Positions 55,512-64,000 of a DNA stretch of 64,000 nt are shown here, piece by piece. Source of the stretch: an uncultured Nitrospina sp. (lineage in GTDB: Bacteria; Nitrospinota; Nitrospinia; Nitrospinales; VA-1); NCBI GenBank assembly GCA_937891765.1, contig CALAGQ010000039.1, positions 6,346 to 70,345 on the forward strand. Reading direction: 5' to 3'. The translations under genes were made by a program, and so were the position numbers. Position 1 is the first letter of the stretch, and the number at the start of each line of letters is the position of its first letter. The notes under the pieces were generated by a model. The model had not been told where the DNA came from and did not search any database. It saw only the letters and a program-made list of their open reading frames with translations.

Positions 55512-58397
55512 TCAGCCCTCCTCCACTAAGGCAACGTCTTTGGCATCTATCAAGAAACTGGGGTCGGCAGCTCGAACAACATTCTCCACATCGAGAAGGT
55601 CGGTCACCCTATCCTGCACAACGATGGTTCCCAATACTCCTGGTCGATTGGTCTCACATTTGACGGTGATAACCTCTTCCACAATATCGATGATGCGCTC
55701 CACAATCATTCCGACACTCCTATCATTCTTAGTGAAAACGACAGCCTGCACCACCTCTTTTACAGAGTCTTCTTGTGCAACGCCCATATTGAGAACATTT
55801 CTAAGATAAATCAAAGGCATAATACCCCCGCGGTATCGCACCACATCCTGTTCGCCCGATCGTTCCATGTCTGAGCGTTTAAACTGTTCCAGACGGGCAA
55901 CCTCAGACAATGGTATCGCCATGCGGTCATCCTGTTCCAAGGCAAAAATGAGCAGGGCTTGACGATCCCCACCAATGACTTGGGCTTTTTGGGCAAGCCC
56001 CATAACATCCAGAATCAGCGCCAGTTTTCCGTCTCCCATAATGGTAGCCCCTGAAAATACAGGGATGCCTTTGAGCTGTTTACCCAGAGGCTTGACCAAA
56101 ATTTCTTCGGTATCGCTGATTCCCTCAACAACAAGACCAAACTGACAATCGCCTGCATGCAGAATAACGATATTAACGGCATCACTTTCTACTTCTTTGG
56201 CCACCTGCAACTCATCATTCAGGAAAACCAAAGGTAGCAGGTTCCCGCGCAGGCGGTACACCGGAGCTCCCTGAACCAATTTGATAGACGTCTTAGCCTG
56301 CTCGCCATCAAGACACACCAGTTCAAGCAGGTTCACCTGCGGGATAGCGTAACGCTCTCCGGCCGTGGTGATGATTAAGGCCGGAATGATCGCCAGAGTG
56401 AGAGGAATCTTGACACGCAAGGTGGTGCCCTTCCCCGGAATACTCTGGATATCCACCGATCCTCCAATTTTTTCAATACTAGTACGGACCACATCCATTC
56501 CCACGCCCCGCCCGGACACATTGGTCACCTTTTCTACGGTGGAAAAGCCTGGGGTAAAAATGAGGTTGACCAGTTCCCGGCCTCCCATTCTTTCTGCCTG
56601 CTCCTGAGTGATAACATTTTTACTAAGAGCTATATTTTTAATTTTTTCAGGATCAATCCCGCCACCATCATCAATGATCTCAATATTAACTTGACCGCCT
56701 TCATGAAAAGCACGCAACAACAAAACTCCTACTTCATCTTTTCCACTCGCGGCACGTTTTTCAGGAGATTCAATACCATGATCACAGGAATTTCTGATAA
56801 TATGCATTAGAGGATCCTTGATCGCTTCGATCAGTGTCTTGTCCAATTCCGTATCATTGCCTTCCATCTCTAGGCGAATCTTTTTGCCAACAGCCATGGA
56901 AAGATCTCGAACAACACGGGGAAATTTACTCCAGATATTCCCAATAGGTTGTATCCGGGTTTTCATGATACCTTCCTGCAACTCTGTCGCGACCAAATTC
57001 AAATGCCGGCTGGTTGCAGTAAACGTAGAATCACTCTGTGCAGTTGCGTATTGTAATATCTGGTTTCGGGCCAGCACCAACTCATCCACGAGATTCATAA
57101 GGCGATCGAGAATATCCACTTCCACACGAATGCTAGAATCAACAATCTCACGGGTTTCTTTACGCCGGTCCGCGTCAAAACGTTTATCCCCATGCCGGGC
57201 CACATACCCAGCCTCCTCAACAGGATTAGCCTGCCTACGATCTATTTTTTCTTCTACAGGGACAAATACTTTCTCAGCCTTTTTCTCTTCCGCCGGGGCA
57301 GGGGCCGAAGCGGCCACTTGGGCCGAACCCTCATCGGTCAACAGTTTACCCAGAGTGTTCACTAGGCTTGAGTAATCCACACCGTCTTCATTACGTTTGC
57401 TCTCGATACAATTCAGCATTTGACGGATGGCATCCACCATCGCCAACAGAGCATTGGTTCTTGAGGGATTCAATACCAGCTCACCATCCCGAAGCTTGCC
57501 CAAGAGGTTTTCTCCAACATGGGCCACCCTTTCCAACTTGTGCAACCCAATAAAACCACAGCTTCCTTTGATGGTATGAATAGTTCTGAATATGCGGGAA
57601 AGAGTTTCTGTGTTGCCGGAGTCCTGCTCTAATTCAACGAGGTCTTTATCCAGACGATCCAGGTTTTCATAACTTTCTACCAAGAACATATTGACGATGA
57701 GCTCCATATCCTCATCAATTTCAGCAGAAGGTTGGACAGGCTCGGTCTGGTGGGTTTCCGACGCCGATTCTGTTTTCAGCCCCGAAAATGCAGGAGCGGA
57801 TTCATTTTTCCCCGCTTCCACATCGATAGGCTCAGCCGGTGCATTACTCTTTCCATAGTCGGCTTGCAACTGAGCCAAGGTTTCAACCAGATCAGAATAA
57901 TCCGCAGTGCCTTCATTCTGGTCATTTTCAATACAGGAAAGCATTTGCCGGATAGCATCCACCATCGCCAACAGAGCACTGGTTCTTGAGGTGGTTAAAG
58001 TCAGTTCACCATCACGTAGTTTTCCCAACAGGTTTCCACCAATATGCGCTACGGATTCCAGTTTACTGAAGCCGATAAAACCACAAGCGCCTTTTATGGT
58101 ATGAATAGTTCTGAAAATACTTGAGAGGATGTTTATATCACCGGGGTTCTGCTCCAGGCCAATAAGGTCCTGATCCAACTGATCTAGGTCTTCATAACTT
58201 TCAACCAAAAACTCGTTGACAATCTCACCCATTCCATCCCCCAGCTCAGAGCCGTTGTCATCCGGTGTCAGGTCAGGAGCAACTGGTTCTTCTTTATCTG
58301 AATCAACGACTTCACCTATTCCATCTTCCTGGGCCGAACCTTCATCATCCGGTGTCAGGTCAGGAGCAACAGGGTCCTCTTTATCTGAATCGTTCAT
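55512..58397 (-). CDS. cheA: Chemotaxis histidine kinase CheA (2 Hpt + dimerisation + HATPase + 2 CheW-like domains)
   Basis: Two Hpt domains (FRTIHTIKGACGFIG; FRTIHTIKGSCGFIG). Kinase boxes DHGIE, DDGGGI, FTPGFST and GRGVGMD. Two C-terminal CheW-like domains. Confidence 0.93.
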   Translation of the reverse strand: MNDSDKEDPVAPDLTPDDEGSAQEDGIGEVVDSDKEEPVAPDLTPDDNGSELGDGMGEIVNEFLVESYEDLDQLDQDLIGLEQNPGDINILSSIFRTIHTIKGACGFIGFSKLESVAHIGGNLLGKLRDGELTLTTSRTSALLAMVDAIRQMLSCIENDQNEGTADYSDLVETLAQLQADYGKSNAPAEPIDVEAGKNESAPAFSGLKTESASETHQTEPVQPSAEIDEDMELIVNMFLVESYENLDRLDKDLVELEQDSGNTETLSRIFRTIHTIKGSCGFIGLHKLERVAHVGENLLGKLRDGELVLNPSRTNALLAMVDAIRQMLNCIESKRNEDGVDYSSLVNTLGKLLTDEGSAQVAASAPAPAEEKKAEKVFVPVEEKIDRRQANPVEEAGYVARHGDKRFDADRRKETREIVDSSIRVEVDILDRLMNLVDELVLARNQILQYATAQSDSTFTATSRHLNLVATELQEGIMKTRIQPIGNIWSKFPRVVRDLSMAVGKKIRLEMEGNDTELDKTLIEAIKDPLMHIIRNSCDHGIESPEKRAASGKDEVGVLLLRAFHEGGQVNIEIIDDGGGIDPEKIKNIALSKNVITQEQAERMGGRELVNLIFTPGFSTVEKVTNVSGRGVGMDVVRTSIEKIGGSVDIQSIPGKGTTLRVKIPLTLAIIPALIITTAGERYAIPQVNLLELVCLDGEQAKTSIKLVQGAPVYRLRGNLLPLVFLNDELQVAKEVESDAVNIVILHAGDCQFGLVVEGISDTEEILVKPLGKQLKGIPVFSGATIMGDGKLALILDVMGLAQKAQVIGGDRQALLIFALEQDDRMAIPLSEVARLEQFKRSDMERSGEQDVVRYRGGIMPLIYLRNVLNMGVAQEDSVKEVVQAVVFTKNDRSVGMIVERIIDIVEEVITVKCETNRPGVLGTIVVQDRVTDLLDVENVVRAADPSFLIDAKDVALVEEG
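58218..58391 (-). repeat. 2 x 87-bp in-frame tandem repeat at the cheA 5' end
   Basis: aa 3-31 DSDKEDPVAPDLTPDDEGSAQEDGIGEVV versus aa 32-60 DSDKEEPVAPDLTPDDNGSELGDGMGEIV. Confidence 0.85.
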
Positions 58398-58478
58398 GTG
58401 TAACCTTTGTGGGCCAGAGTTTTTTACCCCCAGGACTTTGCAGCAAACAGCCCAAACTTGCCTAAATATCTTTCAAAG

Positions 58479-58857
58479 CTAAAATTTTATGGCTTTAATT
58501 TTTTCTTCCAATTGAACGGCGTTAAAGGGCTTCACAATGTACTGGTTTACACCGGCCTGTACCGCTTCCATGATCTTTTCCTTATCTGCTTCGGAAGACA
58601 TCATAATAAAGGGCACCCCCTTTAAACAGCCATCTGCGCGAACCGCTTTCAAGAACTCCAAACCGGTCATATTTGGCATATTCCAATCCGACACGATAAG
58701 ATCAAATGAGCCTTCGCCCGCTGCCTTCAAGCCCACAGCACCATCCGCGGCCTCGGTGAGGTCAACTAAACCCCAACTCCTTTAAGTTCATTTTAGTGAA
58801 TTGCCGCATTACCGCCGAATCATCGACTATCAGTACCTTTTTCCCTTCATACCCCAT
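58479..58857 (-). pseudogene. cheY: cheY interrupted by a +1 frameshift in a G4 run
   Basis: ATG 58857 gives MGYEGKKVLIVDDSAVMRQFTKMNLKELGFS*. The rest (VDLTEAADGAVGLKAAGEGSFDLIVSDWNMPNMTGLEFLK...KPF) continues in another frame. Removing one G from GGGG (C4 on the + strand at 58771-58774) restores a full CheY. Confidence 0.8.
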
Positions 58858-59068
58858 GGAGTTTTTCCTTTGTCATGAATGAGTTCAAACTACCTCACTA
58901 GACCGCCCTAAAAATTGCCAAACCTTAAATATATACTCAACTCAAAGTTCAGGTGCATGAACTGGTTACAGGCATACACACACCCTAAATTTAAATCATA
59001 TATTGTTTCTATCAAGATTTCGTTAAAACAGGCCCTTTCGAGCCCACCCCTACCTTCATATCGGAATG

Positions 59069-60187
59069 CTACATTTCAATATGCGTCTCCAATTTCAACT
59101 CTTCCACTTTTTCATAAAGTGTGTCCCGTTCCACAGGTTTTCTTCCAGATTCTCTGATCATATGAATGATCTGATCCTTATGAAATACCTGATCCGTCGC
59201 CGCTCCAGCAGCATGAATGATCTTCTCCTCAACAACCGTTCCATCCATATCATCCGCACCAAAAGACTGAGCAAGCTGGGCAATTTTAGGCGTGATCATG
59301 ATCCAGAATGCTTTCACATGCGGAAAATTATCCAGCATCAATCTTGAAACTGCCAAGGCTCTGAGATCCAGTTGACCCGGTGTGGTTTTCAAAAAGTCCA
59401 ACACGGTGTTTTCCGGATGAAACGCCAACGGAATAAAAGTGACAAACCCATGAGTCCGATCCTGTAGTTCGCGCAGACGCACCAGATGATCCGATCTTTC
59501 TTCAACAGTTTCCAAATGTCCGTAAAGCATGGTGGCGTTACTTTTCAGTCCAATATCATGAGCTATTTCATGAGCCTGCAACCACTCTTCACCGGTAATT
59601 TTGTCCCCGCAAATTTTCCGGCGGACCCGTTTCGCGAAAATTTCCGCGCCACCGCCAGGAATGGAGCCCAACCCAGCCTCCTTCAGTGCTTCCAGCGTTT
59701 CCTTTAAAGAGAGCTCTCCCAGACGCGAAAGATACTCCACTTCCACGGCGGTGTACGCCTGAATATGAACCAGCGGAAAGCGTTCTTTCAATCCCCTCAA
59801 CAGGTCAAGATAATATTCAAACGGATAATCCGGATGAAGACCACCTACAATATGAAATTCACTGACCTCTCCCCCATTATATTTTTCAGCATCCGAAAAA
59901 ATTTCCTCCAACGACTTCTCATAAGCATGAGGATGATCAGCCTTGACCCCAAAGGCACAAAACTGACAACTCAGAACACAAACATTTGTTGGGTTGATAT
60001 GCCGGTTGTGAATGAAGTAGGTTTTGTCGCCATTCAACCTTTCCCGCACTATGTTGGCCATATATCCCACACCCAACAGATCGTGGGTTTTCCAAAGGGT
60101 TACCCCATCTTCATAAGAAAGGCGGGTCCCTGCCGTTACTTTTTCATGAATGGGTAGTAACGTCGAATCTTCAAATTCAAAAAGCAT
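59069..60187 (-). CDS. Radical-SAM menaquinone (futalosine pathway) enzyme, MqnE/MqnC family
   Basis: 372 aa with the CVLSCQFC cluster motif and a CofH/MqnE-like C-terminal half. I cannot separate MqnE from MqnC by eye. Confidence 0.8.
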   Translation of the reverse strand: MLFEFEDSTLLPIHEKVTAGTRLSYEDGVTLWKTHDLLGVGYMANIVRERLNGDKTYFIHNRHINPTNVCVLSCQFCAFGVKADHPHAYEKSLEEIFSDAEKYNGGEVSEFHIVGGLHPDYPFEYYLDLLRGLKERFPLVHIQAYTAVEVEYLSRLGELSLKETLEALKEAGLGSIPGGGAEIFAKRVRRKICGDKITGEEWLQAHEIAHDIGLKSNATMLYGHLETVEERSDHLVRLRELQDRTHGFVTFIPLAFHPENTVLDFLKTTPGQLDLRALAVSRLMLDNFPHVKAFWIMITPKIAQLAQSFGADDMDGTVVEEKIIHAAGAATDQVFHKDQIIHMIRESGRKPVERDTLYEKVEELKLETHIEM

Positions 60188-60396
60188 CTCTTAAAACTCC
60201 AAAAATAAAAATAACAGGAAGTTCGGTATTATAACCCATTCCTCTTCTGACAGAGTTATAGCAAGGTTCATGCCTTAAAAGACAAGAAATTAAACCCCCT
60301 GTTTGTTAAAGCGCTGCAAGGATCAACCCTGCCTGCTCTTCAGAAAATTGCCCACAAATTTTTAGATTTCCATCCACGATCAGGAGATCAAACCTA

Positions 60397-61254
60397 TTAC
60401 ACCCAAATACAGTCAATGATCACAAAGACCATCAAACCGATACTGATAATGCCGTTTACATTGAAAAAGGCTATATTCACTTTCGACAAATCATCTTTCT
60501 TGACCAGCGAATGTTCATAAACCAAAAGACCGGCGACCAACACCACCCCGGCCAGATAAACCGGGCCCAAAAGATTCGTAGGCTGCAATAATGCCAACAG
60601 GAGCACTACCATCACCGCATGCGAAACAAAAGCCATTTTTAACGCCGTCTCAACCCCGAACCGTTCGGGGATGGAGTTCAATTGGTTCTCCCGGTCTGCG
60701 TCCACATCCATACAGGAATAAAGAATGTCGAATCCGACCAACCAGAAAACCACCGCCGCACCCAACAAAAGCGAGGCGAAAGAAATTTCCTCGCGGATGG
60801 CTACCCAGGCCCCGACTGGAGCGATAGAAATAGCAAGTCCCAGCCAGAAATGTGAGAACGCGGTAAAACGTTTCGTCAAAGAATAAAAAAATACGATGAC
60901 CAAAGCCACCGGGGATAGATAAAAGGCCAGCGAGTTAAGCATCCACGCGGAAAAAACAAACAGCGCCGAAAACGAGATCAGGAAGGCCCAGTAACTGCCA
61001 ATGCTGACCCGGCCGGAGGGAAGAGCCCGTTCACGGGTGCGTGGATTCTTCGCATCAAAGCGTGCGTCCACGATTCGGTTAAAAGCCATCGCCGCACTTC
61101 TCGCGCCCACCATGCAGACCACGATCCAAACCAGTTTTTCTGTTTGCGGCAATCCGCCAGCGGCCAAAAACGCACTCATCACCGCAAACGGCAAAGCAAA
61201 AAACGTGTGTTGGATTTTTATATCGGATAATATTATTTTAAGCTTGCCGAACAA
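60397..61254 (-). CDS. UbiA-family aromatic prenyltransferase (MqnP-like by context)
   Basis: NRIVDARFDAKNPRT..R.LPSG, a second Asp-rich motif DILYSCMDVDADREN, and about 8 TM segments. Confidence 0.85.
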   Translation of the reverse strand: MFGKLKIILSDIKIQHTFFALPFAVMSAFLAAGGLPQTEKLVWIVVCMVGARSAAMAFNRIVDARFDAKNPRTRERALPSGRVSIGSYWAFLISFSALFVFSAWMLNSLAFYLSPVALVIVFFYSLTKRFTAFSHFWLGLAISIAPVGAWVAIREEISFASLLLGAAVVFWLVGFDILYSCMDVDADRENQLNSIPERFGVETALKMAFVSHAVMVVLLLALLQPTNLLGPVYLAGVVLVAGLLVYEHSLVKKDDLSKVNIAFFNVNGIISIGLMVFVIIDCIWV

Positions 61255-61393
61255 ACCTGACCTCTAAAATTATTCCTCCTAAATTAACCGGAAAATACAT
61301 GAGGACGCAAATGGAATAAATTAACCTTGCACTAGGAAGTACCTGTTGGTAAAACTTCAATATCATTGTGGCCTTTCGGAGACCCTCCTTCCC

Positions 61394-62539
61394 ATGCCAG
61401 AGATAATAAACTTTCCCGCCCATTGGGAAAACATTTCAATCGACCAAGGGACGGCTCATCTCTATTATGCGTTTGATGTGGGATTCAGCATCAATCTGGA
61501 TGTGGCAAACCAACGTATTATGTCACCCAGTCACCATCGCGGATTCAAACTCAAAAAAAGACCAAATAAATATTTCAAACTAACATCTCCCCCTCTAAAT
61601 ATTTCCCAGTCCTGCCCCGAACTAGAGGTCACAGCGTTCCATAAATCCTTTGCGACTTCTGAAGCTACGATTTTTGAGTTTGGGGCGATATCAATCTGTA
61701 TCAAGGTTCCTTTTTCCGGTAAACTTGAGAGCATTGTCAAACTGAGCCAGACTCTATACGACAATCCTGAACTGATAGGGTTGGCCCGGAACCTGCTTCA
61801 AAACATCCTCGGTGAGATTAGCCCTGCTATCAACAAAATGAAGGTCAACGAACACGTAGAAGACTATTATGTTTTTCAGTTTGAAGAACTGACTCCCTCA
61901 ATTTCCGTTAAAACACTATTGAGCGATTATCCTGATGCCCTTTCCTGCCTGTTACGTGCTGACACTGTCCTGTTATCGCAGGAAGAAATCAACGACATTA
62001 TTTTTCATAGGGTTTCTTATGGACAGAATGATCTGACCCTTGTAGATTGGGACACCGCCATTGTATACGGCAAGGAAATGGAAGATGTTGGTACCGTCCT
62101 CGAATATACCAATGTGGCCCTAACAGAATTTTTCTATCTTGAAAGTGAAATCAACAAGGCCTTGAAAGAATTTTACGACTATTTCTCAAAAAGTCGCTGG
62201 GGTTCCTGGCTTCCCACCCAAACCCGACACAGCAAGCTGAAAAAAATTAGCCAGTTCCAGCTCGACAGTGAAATTATGTTTGAAAGCGTAACCAATGCTC
62301 TGAAACTGTTTGAAGATGTCTTTCTGGCCCGACTCTATAAACTGTCTTACGAAAGACTGAAATTAAATACATGGGAAAACAGTATCACCCGAAAACTACA
62401 AACGATTGAAAGTATTTATCAGAAGTTTTCAGACGCAGAGTCAACCCGGAGACTTGAAATACTGGAATGGATTATCATTATTTTGATCACCGTATCCATA
62501 CTCATTCCCTTCATCCCTGGAGTTGGGGGGAAGCACTGA
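61394..62539 (+). CDS. DUF155/RMD1-like protein with C-terminal TM helix
   Basis: ORF 61346..62539. IFEFGAISICIKV beta-rich core and terminal RRLEILEWIIIILITVSILIPF, as I recall for DUF155. ATG 61394 chosen over TTG 61346. Confidence 0.5.
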   Translation: MPEIINFPAHWENISIDQGTAHLYYAFDVGFSINLDVANQRIMSPSHHRGFKLKKRPNKYFKLTSPPLNISQSCPELEVTAFHKSFATSEATIFEFGAISICIKVPFSGKLESIVKLSQTLYDNPELIGLARNLLQNILGEISPAINKMKVNEHVEDYYVFQFEELTPSISVKTLLSDYPDALSCLLRADTVLLSQEEINDIIFHRVSYGQNDLTLVDWDTAIVYGKEMEDVGTVLEYTNVALTEFFYLESEINKALKEFYDYFSKSRWGSWLPTQTRHSKLKKISQFQLDSEIMFESVTNALKLFEDVFLARLYKLSYERLKLNTWENSITRKLQTIESIYQKFSDAESTRRLEILEWIIIILITVSILIPFIPGVGGKH

Positions 62540-62627
62540 AAAACACTTTACCTTCAACAACAAACCTGTATTTATTAAAAGCTGAAATCATCCCACTGAC
62601 TCAAACTGCAGTCATTGAAACCGTCCA

Positions 62628-64000
62628 ATGCATAATTACAAACGACTTCTAAAATTACTTTCGCCCTACAAAAAGGCATTGACCCTGGGCGCGATCTTTC
62701 TGGTCATCGCATCCCTGACCAACCTGGCCGTGCCGCTTTATATCAAAAAACTGGTCGATGTGGTCATGGTCGAAAAAAACATGGCGCTGATGAACAACCT
62801 CACGCTCAGCATTGCCGGACTATTCCTGATCCAGCTCATCTTTACTACCGCCCATAATTATCTGTTCGACCTGACCGAAAAACGCGCCATCACCGATTTT
62901 CGCATCAAGCTGTTTCGGCATCTACACACGCTTTCACTCAGCTTTTTCGTCAAGCGCCGAACTGGCGAAATCGTCTCGCGCATGACCAACGATATCACCA
63001 CCATCGAGAACATCGTTACTGACCTGCCCGCCACCCTGATTCAGCAATCCATACGCCTGTTCGGCGGTATTATCATTATCACTTATATGAACTGGAAGTT
63101 GACCGGACTGATACTGGTGCTGGCCCCTGTTCTGGTATTGTTCGCCCGCACCTTCGGACGCAAGCTGAAAAAACTCTCGACCGAAATTCAAGACAAGCTG
63201 GCCGTGTCCACAACCATTCTGGAAGAGAATATTTCCTGCATTCAGATAGTAAAATCCTTTGTCCGGGAAAACCTGGAAAATGAGCGTTTTGGCTCGGCAT
63301 TGGAGGACAGTTACCAGTCCGCTAAAAAACGCGTCATCATCTCCTCATTTTTTGGGCCCAGCATTGGCTTCATCGCCTTTTCCACCTCACTCATCCTGCT
63401 CTGGTATGGTGGCCGAGAAGTGATTCTAGGAGCCATCAGCCCCGGGGAACTCATCGCCTTCATTCTATACGCCACCATCATAGCCGGCCCAATGGGGAGC
63501 TTCGCGCGCCTGTATGCACGCGTGCAGGAGGGCATTGGCGCCAGCAAACGGGTTTTTGAAATTCTCGACATGAAAGGGGACGTACGCGACCCTGCCGACG
63601 CACAAACTCTGCCACGTATCGCAGGTAAAGTGGAAGTCGATGACGTCCACTTTCATTATAGAGACGATCAGGAAGTGATCCGCGGCATAAACTTTACGGT
63701 TGAACCGGGGCAGACCGTGGCCCTGGTCGGACCCAGCGGCGCCGGCAAAAGCACCCTCGTTCAACTCCTGCATCGGTTTTATGATCCCATCAAGGGAGAA
63801 ATTCGTATTGATGGTGTTCCGTTGAAATCGGTACAACTGGCCAGCTACTGGAGTCAGATCGGCATCGTGCCGCAGGAGACCATCCTGTTTGGCGGAACCA
63901 TCCGTGAAAATATCGAGTACGCCAAATCCGGTTGCACGCAAGAGGAGATTGTTGAAGCCGCCAAAGCCGCCAATGCCCACAACTTCATCATGGAATGTCC
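62628..64000 (+). CDS. ABC exporter, fused permease/ATPase (MsbA-like), 3' end outside window
   Basis: Absent from the ORF track because no stop lies in the window. ATG 62628 (MHNYKRLLKLLSPYKKALTLGAIFLV), a 6-TM exporter domain, then an NBD with Walker A GPSGAGKST. Confidence 0.9.
   Translation, partial: MHNYKRLLKLLSPYKKALTLGAIFLVIASLTNLAVPLYIKKLVDVVMVEKNMALMNNLTLSIAGLFLIQLIFTTAHNYLFDLTEKRAITDFRIKLFRHLHTLSLSFFVKRRTGEIVSRMTNDITTIENIVTDLPATLIQQSIRLFGGIIIITYMNWKLTGLILVLAPVLVLFARTFGRKLKKLSTEIQDKLAVSTTILEENISCIQIVKSFVRENLENERFGSALEDSYQSAKKRVIISSFFGPSIGFIAFSTSLILLWYGGREVILGAISPGELIAFILYATIIAGPMGSFARLYARVQEGIGASKRVFEILDMKGDVRDPADAQTLPRIAGKVEVDDVHFHYRDDQEVIRGINFTVEPGQTVALVGPSGAGKSTLVQLLHRFYDPIKGEIRIDGVPLKSVQLASYWSQIGIVPQETILFGGTIRENIEYAKSGCTQEEIVEAAKAANAHNFIMEC

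Noticed and set aside
58880-58960. Sigma-54-like TGGCA-N-GGGC string upstream of cheY (minus strand).
   Set aside because: The GG to GC spacing is off by one from the -24/-12 consensus and the TTGC element is missing.

Overview
This is a 64-kb chromosomal segment of a diderm-type bacterium (MlaA/VacJ, MsbA-like exporter, SecA, futalosine-type menaquinone genes). I cannot assign a taxon from the sequence alone. Most of it is housekeeping, on both strands: ecfT, an HD hydrolase plus a sirtuin, selO, thiL, two tandem CNNM/CorC genes, a djlA-like gene, a Lys-rich DksA-like gene, secA, an M23 peptidase, dnaB, the rpsF-ssb-rpsR-(DUF2232)-rplI block, a large membrane spermidine-synthase-like/TPR gene, a gltP-like symporter, gltA, clpS, a nifU-like gene, acr3, polA, kdsD/kpsF, alaS, one tRNA-Arg(CCG), mscS, def, cheY-cheA-cheW, mqnE/C plus a ubiA-like gene, and an ABC exporter that runs off the right edge. 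I saw no rRNA, CRISPR array, transposase, integrase or prophage genes. ORF-track coordinates include the stop codon, and I trimmed several N-termini to better-supported starts. I did not find a convincing multi-gene novel system. What the gene list does not explain: (1) a family of ~100-nt structured intergenic repeats, with 4 full copies and 1 isolated hairpin module, two copies bracketing one gene; (2) a duplicated expression cassette encoding an unrecognised Met-rich secreted protein, next to a DUF1566 gene; (3) a self-contained mini transcription unit (promoter, strong SD, 14-codon ORF, large hairpin, terminator) upstream of mscS; (4) an eroding chemotaxis locus, where cheB has an internal deletion, an in-frame TGA and a degenerate receiver, and cheY is frameshifted; (5) a frameshifted yraN; (6) a solitary HEPN/Abi_C-type gene in an AT-rich islet; (7) an orphan NHLP-like leader-domain gene next to the tRNA; (8) a histone-H1-like Lys-rich N-terminus fused to DksA. 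Family assignments rest on my reading of motifs in the translations. No database search was run.
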